A stretch of 63,233 nt of DNA, filler included, from Octopus bimaculoides (lineage: Eukaryota): assembly GCF_001194135.2 (NCBI RefSeq). It is 4 parts of 3 records of this genome, joined end to end, with 100 filler letters (N's around TTAATTAATTAA, not from the genome) between each part and the next. Parts side by side here need not be neighbours in the genome. Positions count along the whole stretch, not along the records: positions 61,549 to 63,233 come from NC_068983.1; 3 more parts are not named here. One strand, given 5' to 3'. A program made the translations under genes and the position numbers. The notes under the pieces were generated by a model. The model saw nothing but the letters and a program-made list of their open reading frames with translations. It did no database searches and was not told the DNA's origin. Positions within the stretch are counted from its first letter, which is position 1; each line of letters starts with the position of its first letter. This document shows, one piece after another, positions 62,589 through 63,233 of this stretch.

Positions 62589-63233
62589 GATGGTGAGGAC
62601 GAACGTCAGGTGGACTTCAGTGCCTACCTGCACGCCCTGCCACGGCTGTCGACGGGCGAGGCACAGTTTTGCGAAAGACCCATCACAGCTGCGGATGTAC
62701 GGGACGCGATGCCGGGCTGTGCAAGAGACAAGTCACCTGGCTTGGATGGGCTGCCCTACGAATTTTATTGTCATATGCCGGACTTGCTTGGGGACGTCTT
62801 GGCAAGTGTGTACTGCAACTGTCAGCAAAACGGGAGCATTCCCAGTTTTGTGAGCCGAGGTGCGGTAACCCTGCTAAAGAAGGACCCAAACAAGGGGGAC
62901 GTCTTAGATAACTTCAGGCCCATCACTCTGCTTAATGCAGATTTGAAAATTTTGGCCAAGGTGCTAGCCGAGAGGTTGGCGCTTGTCATCGGCAAACTGG
63001 TCGACACGGAGCAGACGTGCGGCGTGCCGGGCAGAAGCATCCATGACAACCTCCACCTAATACGCTACATCATGGACAGGGTAGTTATGGAACCCGGCAT
63101 GGATGGGGCGTTAATCAATTTAGATCAAAGTAAGGCATTCGATCGGGTGGACCATCGCTACTTGGTGGCTGTTCTCAGAGCAGCTGGTTTCGGTCCGGTC
63201 TTCCGCGGTTGGATTGCTGCAATGTACAGCGGC
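62589..63233 (+). mobile_element. 5'-truncated L1/Tx1-clade LINE ORF2 (RT N-terminal part), frame open to the window end
   Basis: 215 stop-free codons: KSPGLDGLPYEFY, NFRPITLLNADLKILAKVLAERL, EQTCGVPGRSIHDNL and LDQSKAFDRVDH. Absent from the ORF track because it has no stop in the window. Confidence 0.95.

Noticed and set aside
61648-62633. Ser/Leu-rich and Glu/Arg-rich ORFs
   Set aside because: Translations of (CT)n and (GA)n low-complexity DNA.

Overview
AT-rich, repeat-saturated eukaryotic DNA from a gappy draft assembly. The SINE, LINE and microsatellite repertoire looks like an Octopus (coleoid cephalopod) genome; this is an inference from remembered repeat families, not a database result. 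Only one host coding feature is supportable: the terminal exon (41633-41782, minus strand) of a globin-X-like globin, beginning at the conserved G7.0 intron position. Its upstream exons were not found. The rest is transposon relics, at least three tRNA-derived SINE families, microsatellites and N gaps. The relics include DD34D mariners, DD41D Tc1/mariners, MITEs, two Helitron RepHel remnants plus a 64-bp mini-Helitron, Penelope, CR1, L1/Tx1 and several RLE-type non-LTR elements (R4/Dong-like and CRE-like). Three 44N-TTAATTAATTAA-44N linkers are artificial scaffold joins. The most unusual structure is a 184-bp tandem unit, present at two loci, made of a SINE core plus a LINE-derived tail with every junction at the same site inside the SINE. 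Also notable are Dong-like 3' ends stacked in (TAA)n, a fold-back DD41D element and a CRE-like endonuclease relic. Many boundaries are approximate and identities were estimated by eye.
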